From positions 45,417-109,416 of IMG/VR virus record IMGVR_UViG_3300025934_000001: a stretch of DNA of 64,000 nucleotides. One strand, given 5' to 3'. Positions 42,956 through 53,185 of this stretch are shown here, one piece after another. Origin of the DNA: a virus. Taxonomy: Duplodnaviria > Caudoviricetes. The position numbers and the translations under genes are program-made. Numbering within the stretch: the stretch's first letter is position 1; every line of letters starts with the position of its first letter. A model generated the notes under the pieces. That model did not search any database and was not told where the DNA came from. It saw nothing but the letters and a program-made list of their open reading frames with translations.

Positions 42956-43957
42956 GTGTCTTTCCCCACCGTTACAGATATCGTCGCCACCACGATCGAG
43001 TCGCGCTCGCGCCAGATCGCCGACAACGTCACCAACAACAATGCAGGCCTTGCCTACATCAAGGACAAGGGCAACGTAAAGACCGTTTCCGGCGGTTCCG
43101 AGATTCTGGAAGAACTGTCCTTCGCCGAGAACTCCAACGGCGGCTTCTATTCCGGCTACGACCTCCTGCCCGTGGCAGCGCAGGACGTCATCAGTGCCGC
43201 GCGCTTCACCTTGAAGCAGGCCGCGGTCCCGATCGTCATGTCGGGGCTGGAGGATCTGCAGAACTCCGGACGCGAGCAGATGATCGACCTGCTCGATGCG
43301 CGCATCGGCGTCGGCGAATCCACGATGGCGAACATCCTTTCGTACGGGTTCTACGGCGACGGCACCACGGCCGGCGGCAAGGCCATCACCGGCATCGACG
43401 CAGCAGTGCCTGCCGACGTCGCCACCGGCCGCGTCGCTGCCAGCACCTATGGCGGCATCGTGCGCGGCACGTGGGCCTTCTGGCGGCCGTACTTCAGCCT
43501 GATGGCAGCCGCAGCGACACCGCAGAACCTGCCGGCCGCGATGAATGACTGCTGGGCCAATCTGGTCCGCGGGCAGGACCGGCCCAACGTCATCATCGCC
43601 GACAACTTCATGTGGGGCGTGTACGTGGCTTCGCTGCAGGCGCTGCAACGCTTCACCAATCCGGACTCCGCGCGCCTCGGCTTCCCCACCATCAAGTTCA
43701 TGGACGCCGACGTGGTGCTCGATGGCGGCATCTACTTCGCCAGTTCGTCATGGGGCAGCGGCGCGCCGGCCAAGACCATGCTGTTCCTCAACACCAAGTA
43801 CCTGAAGTGGCGTCCGCATGCGCGGCGCGACATGGTGCCGCTGTCGCCGAACAAGCGATACGCCATCAATCAGGATGCGGAAGTCACGATTCTGGCGTGG
43901 GCGGGCAACCTCACGTGCTCGGGTCAATACTTCCAAGGGCGGCTCAAGAGCCCGTAG
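42956..43957 (+). CDS. Major capsid protein
   Basis: GGAGG SD; 'DIVATTIESRS..IADNV..NN', 'YSGYD.L', 'FLNTKY', 'WAGNLT.S'. Confidence 0.9.
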   Translation: MSFPTVTDIVATTIESRSRQIADNVTNNNAGLAYIKDKGNVKTVSGGSEILEELSFAENSNGGFYSGYDLLPVAAQDVISAARFTLKQAAVPIVMSGLEDLQNSGREQMIDLLDARIGVGESTMANILSYGFYGDGTTAGGKAITGIDAAVPADVATGRVAASTYGGIVRGTWAFWRPYFSLMAAAATPQNLPAAMNDCWANLVRGQDRPNVIIADNFMWGVYVASLQALQRFTNPDSARLGFPTIKFMDADVVLDGGIYFASSSWGSGAPAKTMLFLNTKYLKWRPHARRDMVPLSPNKRYAINQDAEVTILAWAGNLTCSGQYFQGRLKSP

Positions 43958-44029
43958 CCTGTCACGGTTGCGGATTCTTCGCGGCGGTTGCCTAGTGCAC
44001 CGCCGCGTCACCATTCAAAGGAGCACATC

Positions 44030-44671
44030 ATGCCCGCAGGCTTACCCGGCGACTCGGCCGCCAACAATCTCGCCAACCCCAGCGTGGGGCGGCCCGTCAT
44101 CTTCGATCCGCTGTCGGGTCCGAAGGGCTCGCCCTTCGACAAGGGCTCGGCCGGCACGTGCTCGACCGGCGCGCTGTCCACCGGCATCGGGTTCGGCCTC
44201 AACTCGATCTTCTACGCGCTGCAGAAGGACGGCATCACGCCGCTGTCGCCGCAGGTCACGGTGGCGCAAGCAGGTTTTAACTACAACCAAGAGCCCGGCA
44301 CCAAGCCGACCTATGCGGCGCCGCCGCCGCCGGGCGTGGTGACGACCAACTTTACCGACGGCCGCTACATGTACATCGGGGGCGGCCGCACCACGGCCAA
44401 CGTCACCACACCGGACAAGTACAGCGTGCCGTTTGTCGCCAACCCCTACGTCACCGGCATCGCGTTGATGGCGGCGGGCAATGGCGGCTCGCGCGACGCG
44501 GGCTCCACTTCGCCGTACACCGGCTTCGGGATGCGCCTGCTGGGCGCCACGGGTGCCGTGGCGAACGGCAATGCGGTTGTGGCGGGCTACACCAATCGCA
44601 GCGGCATCGGGCTGGTCAACGGCCAATCGGTGTTCGCTTCCGAAACAGCGGCGCAGGCCGCGCCGGCATAA
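44030..44671 (+). CDS. Putative capsid decoration/virion protein
   Basis: AAGGAG SD; directly after the MCP. Confidence 0.55.
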   Translation: MPAGLPGDSAANNLANPSVGRPVIFDPLSGPKGSPFDKGSAGTCSTGALSTGIGFGLNSIFYALQKDGITPLSPQVTVAQAGFNYNQEPGTKPTYAAPPPPGVVTTNFTDGRYMYIGGGRTTANVTTPDKYSVPFVANPYVTGIALMAAGNGGSRDAGSTSPYTGFGMRLLGATGAVANGNAVVAGYTNRSGIGLVNGQSVFASETAAQAAPA

Positions 44672-44680
44672 GGAGCAGTC

Positions 44681-45019
44681 ATGCGCTACACATTTTTCAG
44701 CAAGGATGGCGCCGAGTACGTCCGCATCCAAGTCGGCGCCGATGCGGTGGAACGGCCGGTAGCCGAAGGCGACAAGGAAGCAGCCGATCGCGAGAACGCC
44801 GCGGAGGATGCGCTGCAGGCCACGCTCGACAAGGAACTGAAGGAACGGCAGGAGCGCGAGGCCGCGAACGAGGCGCGTGCGCTGGGCAAGGAGCCGGCAC
44901 CGTATCTCGCCGATGAGCCGACGCAGAAGCAGCTTGAACTGGAGTCCGATGCGCTGCTCGCCGCCGAGCTTGAGAAGCACGGTGACGACAACGGCAAGCA
45001 CAGCAAGAAGCACAAGTAA
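44681..45019 (+). CDS. Acidic hypothetical protein
   Basis: TAAGGAG SD. Confidence 0.6.
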   Translation: MRYTFFSKDGAEYVRIQVGADAVERPVAEGDKEAADRENAAEDALQATLDKELKERQEREAANEARALGKEPAPYLADEPTQKQLELESDALLAAELEKHGDDNGKHSKKHK

Positions 45020-45030
45020 CCGTGGGCGCC

Positions 45031-45648
45031 ATGATGGGGCAGGCCGCCCCGAACTACTCGCAGATGGCGAGCTTCGCGCAGCCGCAGGGCGGGGGCTCAC
45101 CTTATGGCCCGATGCAGGGCTACAGCATGCCGGGTGGCGGTTACCAGCAGCAGCAAGGCATGCAGGGCTCACCCTACGGCCCGATGCGAGGGCAGAGCAT
45201 GCCCGGTGGCGGATTCTCGCAGGCGCAGGGCGGCGGCTGGGGCGGGGGCCGCATGCAGCAGGCCATGCCACCGTGGATGCAGCAACAGATGCAGCAACCG
45301 CAGGCGGCAACGGCCGCGGCGGCGGCTCCCGATGCAGCGGTTCCCGATGCAGCGGCTGCGCAGGCCGGCTTGGCAGGGGGCAGCACCACACCCGTCGGTA
45401 GCGAGGCCGTGCCCCTGCCGCAAGCGCAGGCACCGATCGGCATGCGCCCGATGGGCGGCGCCATGTACCAGCGCGGCGGCTACGGCGGCGGCTACGGCGG
45501 CGGCTACGGCGGCGGCTACGGCGGCGGCTACGGTGGCGGCTACGGTGGTGGACGTGGCGGCGGCTGGGGTGGTGGCTGGGGTGGTGGGGGCGGTTGGGGC
45601 GGCCCCATGCAGCGACAGATGATGCAGGCGCAGGCACTGCGCCGTTAA
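45031..45648 (+). CDS. G/Q/M/Y-rich low-complexity protein
   Basis: In the operon frame; GGYG x6, GGW, Q/M-rich. Confidence 0.6.
   Translation: MMGQAAPNYSQMASFAQPQGGGSPYGPMQGYSMPGGGYQQQQGMQGSPYGPMRGQSMPGGGFSQAQGGGWGGGRMQQAMPPWMQQQMQQPQAATAAAAAPDAAVPDAAAAQAGLAGGSTTPVGSEAVPLPQAQAPIGMRPMGGAMYQRGGYGGGYGGGYGGGYGGGYGGGYGGGRGGGWGGGWGGGGGWGGPMQRQMMQAQALRR
45475..45546 (+). repeat. 12-bp tandem repeat x6 (GGCGGCTACGGY)
   Basis: Counted directly; encodes GGYG. Confidence 0.9.
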
Positions 45649-45687
45649 CCAGTGCCGACACGTTGACACAGCTAGGAGCTACAGACG

Positions 45688-46278
45688 ATGGAAACGTTCG
45701 AACATGACCCGAAGGACTTCACGCCCGGCGACAGTCGCAAGGGTGACGAGCATCTGGCGGTGCGCTTCTTCCGCAAGGCCGCGCGCGACGACGTCGCCTC
45801 GGCAGCCGAAGGCATCATGCGCTTTAAAGAAGTGGACATGATCCAGATCATGGTGCCGGGCGATCGCGACAACGTGATCGTGCGGCCGGCCGGCGCGGGT
45901 GACATCAACCGCTTCGGCAAGCAGTACGAGGATTGGAAGCGCAACAGCACGTCGGAGCAGTTGAACGGCACGCCGCTGGAATTGTGGGGCAAGCTGTCGC
46001 TGGCGCAGGTTGAAGAGTATCGCTACATCGGCGTGCGGACCATCGAGCAGTTGAGCCAGCTATCCGACAGCGCCTGCATGAAGATGCCGGGCTCGCTCGA
46101 CCTGAAGCGCAGGGCCGCGGAGTTCATCAGCTTGCAGAAGGACGAGGCGCCATTGCGCAAGGTGCAGGCCGAACTGGAAGCGCGCGACGCGACGATCACG
46201 TCGCTGACCGAGCGGCTGGCAGCGATCGAGGCCAACCAGCAAGCCGCGAAGCAACCGCAGAACAACCAGCGGCGATAA
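45688..46278 (+). CDS. Conserved podophage head-module protein
   Basis: AGGAG SD; 'GTPLE.W..L...V.E....VRT.EQL..LSD'. Confidence 0.7.
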   Translation: METFEHDPKDFTPGDSRKGDEHLAVRFFRKAARDDVASAAEGIMRFKEVDMIQIMVPGDRDNVIVRPAGAGDINRFGKQYEDWKRNSTSEQLNGTPLELWGKLSLAQVEEYRYIGVRTIEQLSQLSDSACMKMPGSLDLKRRAAEFISLQKDEAPLRKVQAELEARDATITSLTERLAAIEANQQAAKQPQNNQRR

Positions 46279-46282
46279 GGCA

Positions 46283-47485
46283 ATGCCTGTACAAATCGCG
46301 CAGTTCAACTTCGGGCAGGCGATTAATTTCGTCTGCTCGCTGGTTGGCTATCCGGCTTCCGCGGACCCGGCAGGATCGGTGGACACCAAGCATGCGCAGA
46401 TGCGTGCCGCGCTCACCGACGCCTGCGCGGAGTTGCTGGCGCTGCGTGAATGGCAGGACTTGACGCAGGAAGGCGTGATCGACGTCGTCGGCGACAGCGC
46501 AGGGCAAACGCAGAAGGCCTTCGCGCTGCCCCCCGACTTCTATCGCTTCATCGACCAGACGCAGTGGTCTTCACACTCGCTGGCGCCCCTGCTCGGCGGC
46601 CCCGCATCGGCGCAGGCATGGTCGCGCTTCACGGCCGTGGGGTACCCGGCGGCCGTGAAGCGCGACCATGCCTGCGGCGACCAGTTGTGGGTGATGGCGC
46701 CGCCGTACCCGACGGCGCAGCCGTTCAGCTTCTTCTATCTCAGCAAGGCGCAGATCATTGATGAGCGTGATCCGCTGCTGCGCAAGAACACGCTCGACAA
46801 CAACGGCGACTCGTTCGTGCTCGACGCCTATCTGGTGGCGTTGCTCGCGCGGAAGAAGTGGCTGGAGTGGAACGCGATGTCGTCGGAAGCGGCGACGGCC
46901 GACTTCAACACGGCCTTCGCTTCACGCGCGGGTGCGGACAAGGGTGCGCCGGTCCTGTCGCTGTCGAGCACGCCGGAAGGCTTCGCGCTGATCGGCAACA
47001 TCATCGGCACTGCGGGCATTCCCGGCCCCGAGGGGCCGGCGTCCAACGTTCCCGGCCCGGCAGGACCAGCCGGCCCCACCGGAGCGCCCTCGACCGCGAT
47101 TGGACCTACGGGCCTGACGGGCGCTACCGGCCCCACCGGACCCGTCGGGGCTACGGGCGCTGCTTCTACGGTGCCCGGCCCGATCGGTGCCACAGGTGCC
47201 ACAGGTGCGGACTCGATCGTGCCGGGGCCGCAGGGCGATCCCGGCCCGATCGGTCCCAAGGGCTCCACCGGGACCACGGGTGCGACCGGCGCAGACTCCA
47301 CGGTGCCGGGGCCGCTCGGACCCGTCGGCGCCACGGGCGCCACGGGCTCCACCGGGCCAACGGGTGCGCCGTCAGTGGTACCCGGCCCAGCCGGCGCAAC
47401 CGGGCCTACAGGCCCGCAGGGCGTGCCCGGCGCGAGCGGAGCTACCGGGGCCACAGGAGCTACCGGCACGGGCGTCTGGAGTTAG
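46283..47485 (+). CDS. Head-tail adaptor fused to a collagen-like (G-X-Y) domain
   Basis: 'W..L...F.LP.DF.RF.DQTQW' adaptor-type N-terminus; interrupted G-X-Y repeats at ~47006-47474. Confidence 0.7.
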   Translation: MPVQIAQFNFGQAINFVCSLVGYPASADPAGSVDTKHAQMRAALTDACAELLALREWQDLTQEGVIDVVGDSAGQTQKAFALPPDFYRFIDQTQWSSHSLAPLLGGPASAQAWSRFTAVGYPAAVKRDHACGDQLWVMAPPYPTAQPFSFFYLSKAQIIDERDPLLRKNTLDNNGDSFVLDAYLVALLARKKWLEWNAMSSEAATADFNTAFASRAGADKGAPVLSLSSTPEGFALIGNIIGTAGIPGPEGPASNVPGPAGPAGPTGAPSTAIGPTGLTGATGPTGPVGATGAASTVPGPIGATGATGADSIVPGPQGDPGPIGPKGSTGTTGATGADSTVPGPLGPVGATGATGSTGPTGAPSVVPGPAGATGPTGPQGVPGASGATGATGATGTGVWS

Positions 47486-47488
47486 GCT

Positions 47489-49129
47489 ATGGCGCGGGCC
47501 AACACGTCATTCGCGCCGCAGCCGCAGCGTTACCAAGGCGGCATGTTCCCCGCCCCTTTAAAGGGGCTCACGGTGCGCTACACGCTGAATGCGCAGGACG
47601 CGAACACGGCACTGCTGCTGCGCAACGTGTTGTGCCGGCGTTATGGCGTTGAGTTGCGCCGGGGCTACCGGCGCTGGATGACCGGCATTCCCGGCGAAGT
47701 GCGCTCCCTGATGTCCTATCTGCCGGCACGGGGCGCGGGCAGCACCATGCAGCCCCGCTTGTGGGCCGCAGCCTCGGACGGCATCATCTATGAAGTCACC
47801 GCGCAGCAGGTAACGCCTACTGATGCAGTGACGCCGTTCCTGACCGTACCGAACCAGAGCACGCCGGGTGTGTTCAGTTGGACTAATTTCAGCGCGGGCG
47901 GGCAGAACTATCTGGTGGCCTGCAGCGCCGGGGGCGGGGTGTGGACGTTCGAGGATAGTGCCGGCTGGATCGATCGCACTGCCGGCATCACCGGCACCGA
48001 TGCCAGCAAGTTCGACTTCGTGATGGTGTGGAAGAATCGCCTCTGGTTCATCGCGCTCAATTCCAACATCGCATGGTATCTGCCGGTGCTGGCGTTTCAA
48101 GGCGTGGCGCAGCCGTTCGACTTCGGGCCGCTGCTGGTGTTCGGTGGCGACCTCGCCGCGATGGCGTCATGGACGCTCGATGCTGGTGACGGCGTCGATG
48201 ACAAGCTGGTGGTGGTGGGCCGCGGGGGTGACGTGCTGGTGTACGAAGGCACTGACCCCGCTACGCCGGGGGAGTTCCGCATCGCGGGGCGCTGGGCCGT
48301 CGGCAGGGTGCCTGTAGGCCGGCGCTTCATGTCCAAGTACGGCGGCGATCTGTCCATCATCACGCCCAACGGCATCGAGCGCATGAGCCAGCTAACGTCG
48401 GCGCGCGGGCTCAACGTGCCGGCTGGCGAGCTTGGCGGCACCGAGGATTGGGTGCGCTACATGGAGCGCATCGCGCAGGATGTGCGCGGCAGCTATCAGT
48501 CGCCCTTCTGGCAGTTGCTGCACTTCATGGGCGAGCAGTGCGCCATCATCATCACGCCGCACAACGGCCCGCAGGACGGGCTGCAGTACGTGTTCGGCAC
48601 GCTGTCGGGCGGCTGGAGTGAGTTCAGCGGCATCCCCATGCTGTCGATCGAGGCGCACGATGGCGAGCTTTATTTCGGCACCAAGGATGGCAAGGTGATG
48701 CAGATGTTCTTCGGCACCACCGATGACAGCCTGCAGGACGGCACGCCGGGCACCGCGGTAGTGGCATCAGTGCAGACGTCGTTCGTGGCGTTGAGCAGCG
48801 ACGAGTTCCACACCAAGCGGCCGCTGATGGTGATGCCCATGTTCATCGCGCCGAGCGCGCCCAGCGTGAAGGCGCAGGTCAACACCGATTGGAGCTTCCA
48901 GCCGATACCGGGCTCACCCATCTACAGCCCGCGGGGGCTCGCGGTGTGGGATAGCGCGCAGTGGGACAACGCGATATGGGCGGGCAGCGGCAATTTCTAC
49001 AATGCGTGGGTTGGCGCCGAGGGGCTCGGCACCCATTGCTCGCTGCGCATGGACTTCACGGGCGAGTCGCCCGGCACCATCTTCACCACGTGGAAGTTGC
49101 TGGCTGAAGTCGGCCAAGGAGTGCTTTAA
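47489..49129 (+). CDS. Tail nozzle / packaged-DNA stabilization protein
   Basis: 'KNRLWF..AWYLP', 'SWTLD.GDG.DD.LV..G.V.VY.GTDP', 'WD.A.WD..W'. Confidence 0.8.
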   Translation: MARANTSFAPQPQRYQGGMFPAPLKGLTVRYTLNAQDANTALLLRNVLCRRYGVELRRGYRRWMTGIPGEVRSLMSYLPARGAGSTMQPRLWAAASDGIIYEVTAQQVTPTDAVTPFLTVPNQSTPGVFSWTNFSAGGQNYLVACSAGGGVWTFEDSAGWIDRTAGITGTDASKFDFVMVWKNRLWFIALNSNIAWYLPVLAFQGVAQPFDFGPLLVFGGDLAAMASWTLDAGDGVDDKLVVVGRGGDVLVYEGTDPATPGEFRIAGRWAVGRVPVGRRFMSKYGGDLSIITPNGIERMSQLTSARGLNVPAGELGGTEDWVRYMERIAQDVRGSYQSPFWQLLHFMGEQCAIIITPHNGPQDGLQYVFGTLSGGWSEFSGIPMLSIEAHDGELYFGTKDGKVMQMFFGTTDDSLQDGTPGTAVVASVQTSFVALSSDEFHTKRPLMVMPMFIAPSAPSVKAQVNTDWSFQPIPGSPIYSPRGLAVWDSAQWDNAIWAGSGNFYNAWVGAEGLGTHCSLRMDFTGESPGTIFTTWKLLAEVGQGVL

Positions 49130-49130
49130 A

Positions 49131-49832
49131 GTGGCCCGTCAGAAAAAGCTAACCCTACCGAAAGGAACGCGCGTGAATCGTCCAAGCACAAAACCTGTTG
49201 ATCCGTTGTGGGTGCCGGCCAAGAGTTACCAGACGTCGATGAAGATGGTGGAGGATCTGCAGGCGCACGATTGGGCCAACAAGGTGCTGCTCGATGGCGG
49301 CGACGTGGTGCAGTTCTCGCTGATGCCGCCGCCCGTGCTCAACTACTACACGCAGGCTGATTGGAGCGTCGGCCAGCAGTACACCAGCGGCCAGCCGACC
49401 GGCGCCGACACCGGCACGCAGGGCGGCGAGGCCGGCGTGCTGCCGTTCGGCGGCCACGTGTACACAGGCGTCGATCCGTACCCGAGCATGAAAGGCGACG
49501 ACCTGTACAAGCTCACGCTCACGGTGCCGGCCGATTGGCCCAAGGGACCGAACATGAACACCATCAGCGTCGGCGAGCACGGCGCCAGTGGCGGGCCGCA
49601 GCAGCGCGACGTCAAGCTGCGCGACGGCAGCGGCAAGATCCTGTATCAGACGATCGGCACTTACCCGAGCATCCCTTACTGCGTCGGCGGGCCGCCGGGC
49701 GCGGGTGTGATCGTGCTGGAGCCGGCCGGCGTGTATTACCTCGAAATTTTTAACAACGGGCCGCTGGCCGAGGGTGCCACGTATCCACCGATCACCGACA
49801 TGGTGGTGTACTGCTACGCACCGCAAAAGTGA
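49131..49832 (+). CDS. Hypothetical virion-module protein
   Basis: GTG after AAGGAG; in operon. Confidence 0.55.
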   Translation: MARQKKLTLPKGTRVNRPSTKPVDPLWVPAKSYQTSMKMVEDLQAHDWANKVLLDGGDVVQFSLMPPPVLNYYTQADWSVGQQYTSGQPTGADTGTQGGEAGVLPFGGHVYTGVDPYPSMKGDDLYKLTLTVPADWPKGPNMNTISVGEHGASGGPQQRDVKLRDGSGKILYQTIGTYPSIPYCVGGPPGAGVIVLEPAGVYYLEIFNNGPLAEGATYPPITDMVVYCYAPQK

Positions 49833-49981
49833 ACGCAGCCGGCGAGCCGCCGGTCAATGGCAGCGTCGGCACCCGGCTGGCGCTGCTAGAAGCACGGGTG
49901 AGGCTGATCACGATCGCGCTGGAAGGCATGATCGTGGTGGTGGTCAGCGCATTGCTGGCGTACTTTTTCAAGGGACAGTAG
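49829..49981 (+). CDS. 50-aa coiled-coil + TM peptide (holin/XhlA-like candidate)
   Basis: GTGA coupling; RLALLEARV followed by a TM helix. Confidence 0.45.
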   Translation: MNAAGEPPVNGSVGTRLALLEARVRLITIALEGMIVVVVSALLAYFFKGQ

Positions 49982-50437
49982 ATGCACGTGGTCACGGCGT
50001 TAACGGTGCAAGAGAAGGTCGCCATGCTGGGCTTCCTGTCCGAGCATGAGGTGCGCCTGCCACCGAGCGGCGACTTTCAGGCCTTCGGCAGCGTGTCGGC
50101 CGTCAACCATGAATTGCTGGGCGTGGTCGCGTTCAATGGATTCTGGGGCCACGTGTGCAGCATCCACACCGCGGGTGAAGGCAACTGGATAAGCCGCACC
50201 CTGATCTGGCGCACCTTTGACTATCCGTTCCGCCAACTCGACATGCGCGCATTGATGGCGCCGGTCGCCGCGAGCAACGTGCGCAGCTACAACTTCATCA
50301 AGCGCATGGGCTTTAAAGAGATCCACCGGATCACCGATGGCTGGGACGCCGGCGATGACCTGATCGTGCTGCAGATGCTGCGTGACGAGTGCCCGTGGCT
50401 GGCGAAGCTCGACAAGCACTTCACCAAGTATCATTAA
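49982..50437 (+). CDS. GNAT-fold protein in the virion module
   Basis: 'F.YPF.QL....V..SN..S......GF' pattern. Confidence 0.75.
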   Translation: MHVVTALTVQEKVAMLGFLSEHEVRLPPSGDFQAFGSVSAVNHELLGVVAFNGFWGHVCSIHTAGEGNWISRTLIWRTFDYPFRQLDMRALMAPVAASNVRSYNFIKRMGFKEIHRITDGWDAGDDLIVLQMLRDECPWLAKLDKHFTKYH

Positions 50438-50451
50438 AGGGAGCACCTACC

Positions 50452-51789
50452 ATGGGCGGCAAGTCAGCACCACAGGCACCCGACTACAACGACGCTGCGC
50501 GTGAGCAGGCAGCGTCGAGTGCCGCGCTCACGGCCCAGCAGAACTGGGCCAACCGGCCGCAGCAGTACACCCCGTGGGGCCGCACTGAATGGCAGACCTA
50601 TCAGGACATCGATCCCGGCACCGGCCAGCCGGTCACGAAGTGGGTGCAGAGTGAGAACCTTAATCCCCAACTGCAGCAGGCGCTCGACAAGCAGATCAGT
50701 ATGCAGAACGACCGCTCCGATCTGGCGGCGTCGTTCACCGATCGCCTGCAAGCGGACATGGGGCAATCGTTTGATTGGGGCAAGATCGACCGCGACACGC
50801 CCGCTGCCGGTAGGGTTGATGCACGTGCCTACATCACCGGCACGCAGCCGATGCAGAACTACGTGCAGCAGGAAGCGATGGACACGTCGGCGCCGCAGCA
50901 GATCACCACTGGGCGCGAGCAGCTAGGCATCACCGGACAGGACACGCAGGGGCTGCAGCAGACCACCGGCACCACCAATGCGGCGAACTTCAGTGCCGAT
51001 CGGCAGCGCATCGAGCAGTCGCTGTTCGATCGCATGCAGCCCGAGCACGATCGCGCCACCGCGCAGTTGCGCACGCAACTGGCGAACCAAGGCATCACGC
51101 CCGGCAGCGAAAGCTACAACCAGCAGATGCAGGCGCTGAGTGACAACCAAGCCCGTGAGCGATTCAACGCCGTGCAGCAGGGCGGGCAGGAGCAGCAGGG
51201 CTTGCAGAGCATGCTGATGGGCCAGCAGCAGCAGGCCTTCGGGCAGGGGCAAGCCTCGCAGCAGGCGCGCAATCAGGCACTGCAAAATCTGTTCGGCCAG
51301 CAGCAGGGCGCGGCCCAGTTCGGCCTCGGCGCCGGGCAGCAGGGCTTCGCGCAGGATCTCGCTTCGCAGGAAGCGCAGAACGCGGCGCGCACCGCGCAGT
51401 TCCAGCAGGCCATGAACGCGGGCAACTTCTACAACACTGCGGGCATGAACACCTACCAGCAGCAGCTAGGTGTGGACAACCAGAACTACCAGCAGGCAAT
51501 GTCCTCGACCGGCCTGCAGACGCAGTTGCGGCAGCAGAAGATCGCCGAGGAAGCGCAGCGTCGCAGCATGAGCCTGAACGAGATGAACGCGCTGATGAGC
51601 GGGCAACAGGTGCAGACGCCGCAGATGCCGGGCTTCCAGACGGCCGTGGGTTCGCAGCCGGTGCAGTCGCTGAGTGCGGCGCAGATGACCGGACAGTCGA
51701 TGATGGATCAGTTCAACGCCCAGCAGCAGCAGACACAGGGCATGATGTCCGGTGCCATGGGGCTGGGCTCCAAAGCAGCGATGATGTAG
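50452..51789 (+). CDS. Pilot/ejection protein
   Basis: 'MGGKSAPQAPDY..AA..NRP.Q.TPWG', 'LANQGI.PGSE.YN'; Q-rich. Confidence 0.75.
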   Translation: MGGKSAPQAPDYNDAAREQAASSAALTAQQNWANRPQQYTPWGRTEWQTYQDIDPGTGQPVTKWVQSENLNPQLQQALDKQISMQNDRSDLAASFTDRLQADMGQSFDWGKIDRDTPAAGRVDARAYITGTQPMQNYVQQEAMDTSAPQQITTGREQLGITGQDTQGLQQTTGTTNAANFSADRQRIEQSLFDRMQPEHDRATAQLRTQLANQGITPGSESYNQQMQALSDNQARERFNAVQQGGQEQQGLQSMLMGQQQQAFGQGQASQQARNQALQNLFGQQQGAAQFGLGAGQQGFAQDLASQEAQNAARTAQFQQAMNAGNFYNTAGMNTYQQQLGVDNQNYQQAMSSTGLQTQLRQQKIAEEAQRRSMSLNEMNALMSGQQVQTPQMPGFQTAVGSQPVQSLSAAQMTGQSMMDQFNAQQQQTQGMMSGAMGLGSKAAMM

Positions 51790-51799
51790 CGCGCATAAC

Positions 51800-52489
51800 A
51801 TGCATAACGTGATCCAGATCTCGGGCGGCATCGACAGCATGGCAATGCTGATCTACCTGCGCGGCCTGTGGTCCGACTCGGTGGTCATGTGGGGTGACAC
51901 GGGCGCGGCGTATCCCGAGACAACGGAACTGATGGAAGACGTGCGCCGCATGGTGCCGCACTTCCTGCACGTGCAGGGTGACCAGCCGGAAGTGATCCGC
52001 ACCTATGGCTGGCCGGTGGACGTGGTGCCGGTGAGCCACACCCGCTTCGGCGAGCACATCTATGGCCCGCGGCCGATCGTGTTTCAGTCTTATCTCGACT
52101 GCTGCGGCCGTGCGCGCTTCCTGCCACTGCAGCATGCGGTGCAGCGTGTCGGTGCCAAGGTGGTGTACCGCGGCCAGCGCAACAGCGACAAGCGGCGCCC
52201 GCGCATCGAGCATGACAGCATCGATGAGTTCGGCATCACCTACAAGTTTCCGCTGCGTGATTGGTCGCGCGAGCGCGTGTTCGAGTACCTGCAGCAGAAC
52301 GCGCCCGAGCTGGTGGCGGCGTACTACAGCGAAGGCGAGTCCACCAGCCGTGACTGCTGGAGTTGCACGGCGTACCGGGACGACAACGTGGCGCGCGTCG
52401 AGCATCTGCCACCACCGCAGCGGGAACAGGTGGAAACGGTTTTAAAGCAGTGGCGCGACATCGTGCGCGCCGACATGCAAGGAGCGTGA
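51800..52489 (+). CDS. PAPS-reductase-family (PP-loop) protein
   Basis: SGGIDS, DTG.AYPET, CC, RGQR.SD, PL.DWS, DC..CTAY. Confidence 0.8.
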   Translation: MHNVIQISGGIDSMAMLIYLRGLWSDSVVMWGDTGAAYPETTELMEDVRRMVPHFLHVQGDQPEVIRTYGWPVDVVPVSHTRFGEHIYGPRPIVFQSYLDCCGRARFLPLQHAVQRVGAKVVYRGQRNSDKRRPRIEHDSIDEFGITYKFPLRDWSRERVFEYLQQNAPELVAAYYSEGESTSRDCWSCTAYRDDNVARVEHLPPPQREQVETVLKQWRDIVRADMQGA

Positions 52490-52490
52490 C

Positions 52491-53171
52491 ATGGCCTCAC
52501 CCCTCGGTGGAATTGATCCGAAGATCCTGCAGATGATCCTGCAGCAAGTAGGCGGCGACCCGAGCAAGCTGGCGAGCCTGCTGTCAGGCGCCATGCCGGG
52601 CGGGCCGCCGGGCGCACCGCCGCCACCGGGCGGCGCCCCGCCGCCACCGGGCGGGCCACCGGGCGCACCGCCGCCACCGGGCGGCCCCAGCGCGATGCCA
52701 CCTCCTCCCGGCATGCCGGGCGGCAACAGCGTGCCCGGCCTCACGCCGCCGCCACCGGGCGGGGGCATGCCGCCACCGCAATCGCCCTTCGGCCCCGATC
52801 CCGGCGGGCCGTCGATGGGCGGCATGCCGCCGCCACCGCAGGCGCCACAGGCGGGTGCGCGCAATCCGCAGATGGACGCCGTCAACATGACGCTGGGGCA
52901 GGCCGCCTTCGGCGGGCAGGAGCGCGACCTCGACCGGCAGCAGAAGCTCGCCGACGAACTACGGGGTGAGGCGATGCCCGGCATGCGCGGCAACTCGCGG
53001 GTGCAGACGGCAGCGAACCCGCTGGAAATGCTCGCCACCGGCCTCGGCAACATCGGCGGCCAGATGAAGTCCGACAAGCTCGGCGTGGAGCGCGAGGCCA
53101 TGTTCAAGAAGCGCATGGACCTCCTGCGCGACGACATGGAAGCATCGCGTAGCCGGTTCGGCCCAGAGTAG
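52491..53171 (+). CDS. Pro/Gly-rich internal virion protein
   Basis: AGGAG SD; PPPGG repeats. Confidence 0.6.
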   Translation: MASPLGGIDPKILQMILQQVGGDPSKLASLLSGAMPGGPPGAPPPPGGAPPPPGGPPGAPPPPGGPSAMPPPPGMPGGNSVPGLTPPPPGGGMPPPQSPFGPDPGGPSMGGMPPPPQAPQAGARNPQMDAVNMTLGQAAFGGQERDLDRQQKLADELRGEAMPGMRGNSRVQTAANPLEMLATGLGNIGGQMKSDKLGVEREAMFKKRMDLLRDDMEASRSRFGPE

Positions 53172-53185
53172 GAGTCACCTACACC

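Noticed and set aside
44042-45661. 539-aa - strand ORF with SRRR repeats
   Set aside because: Reverse complement of the GGYG repeat and neighbouring + strand genes
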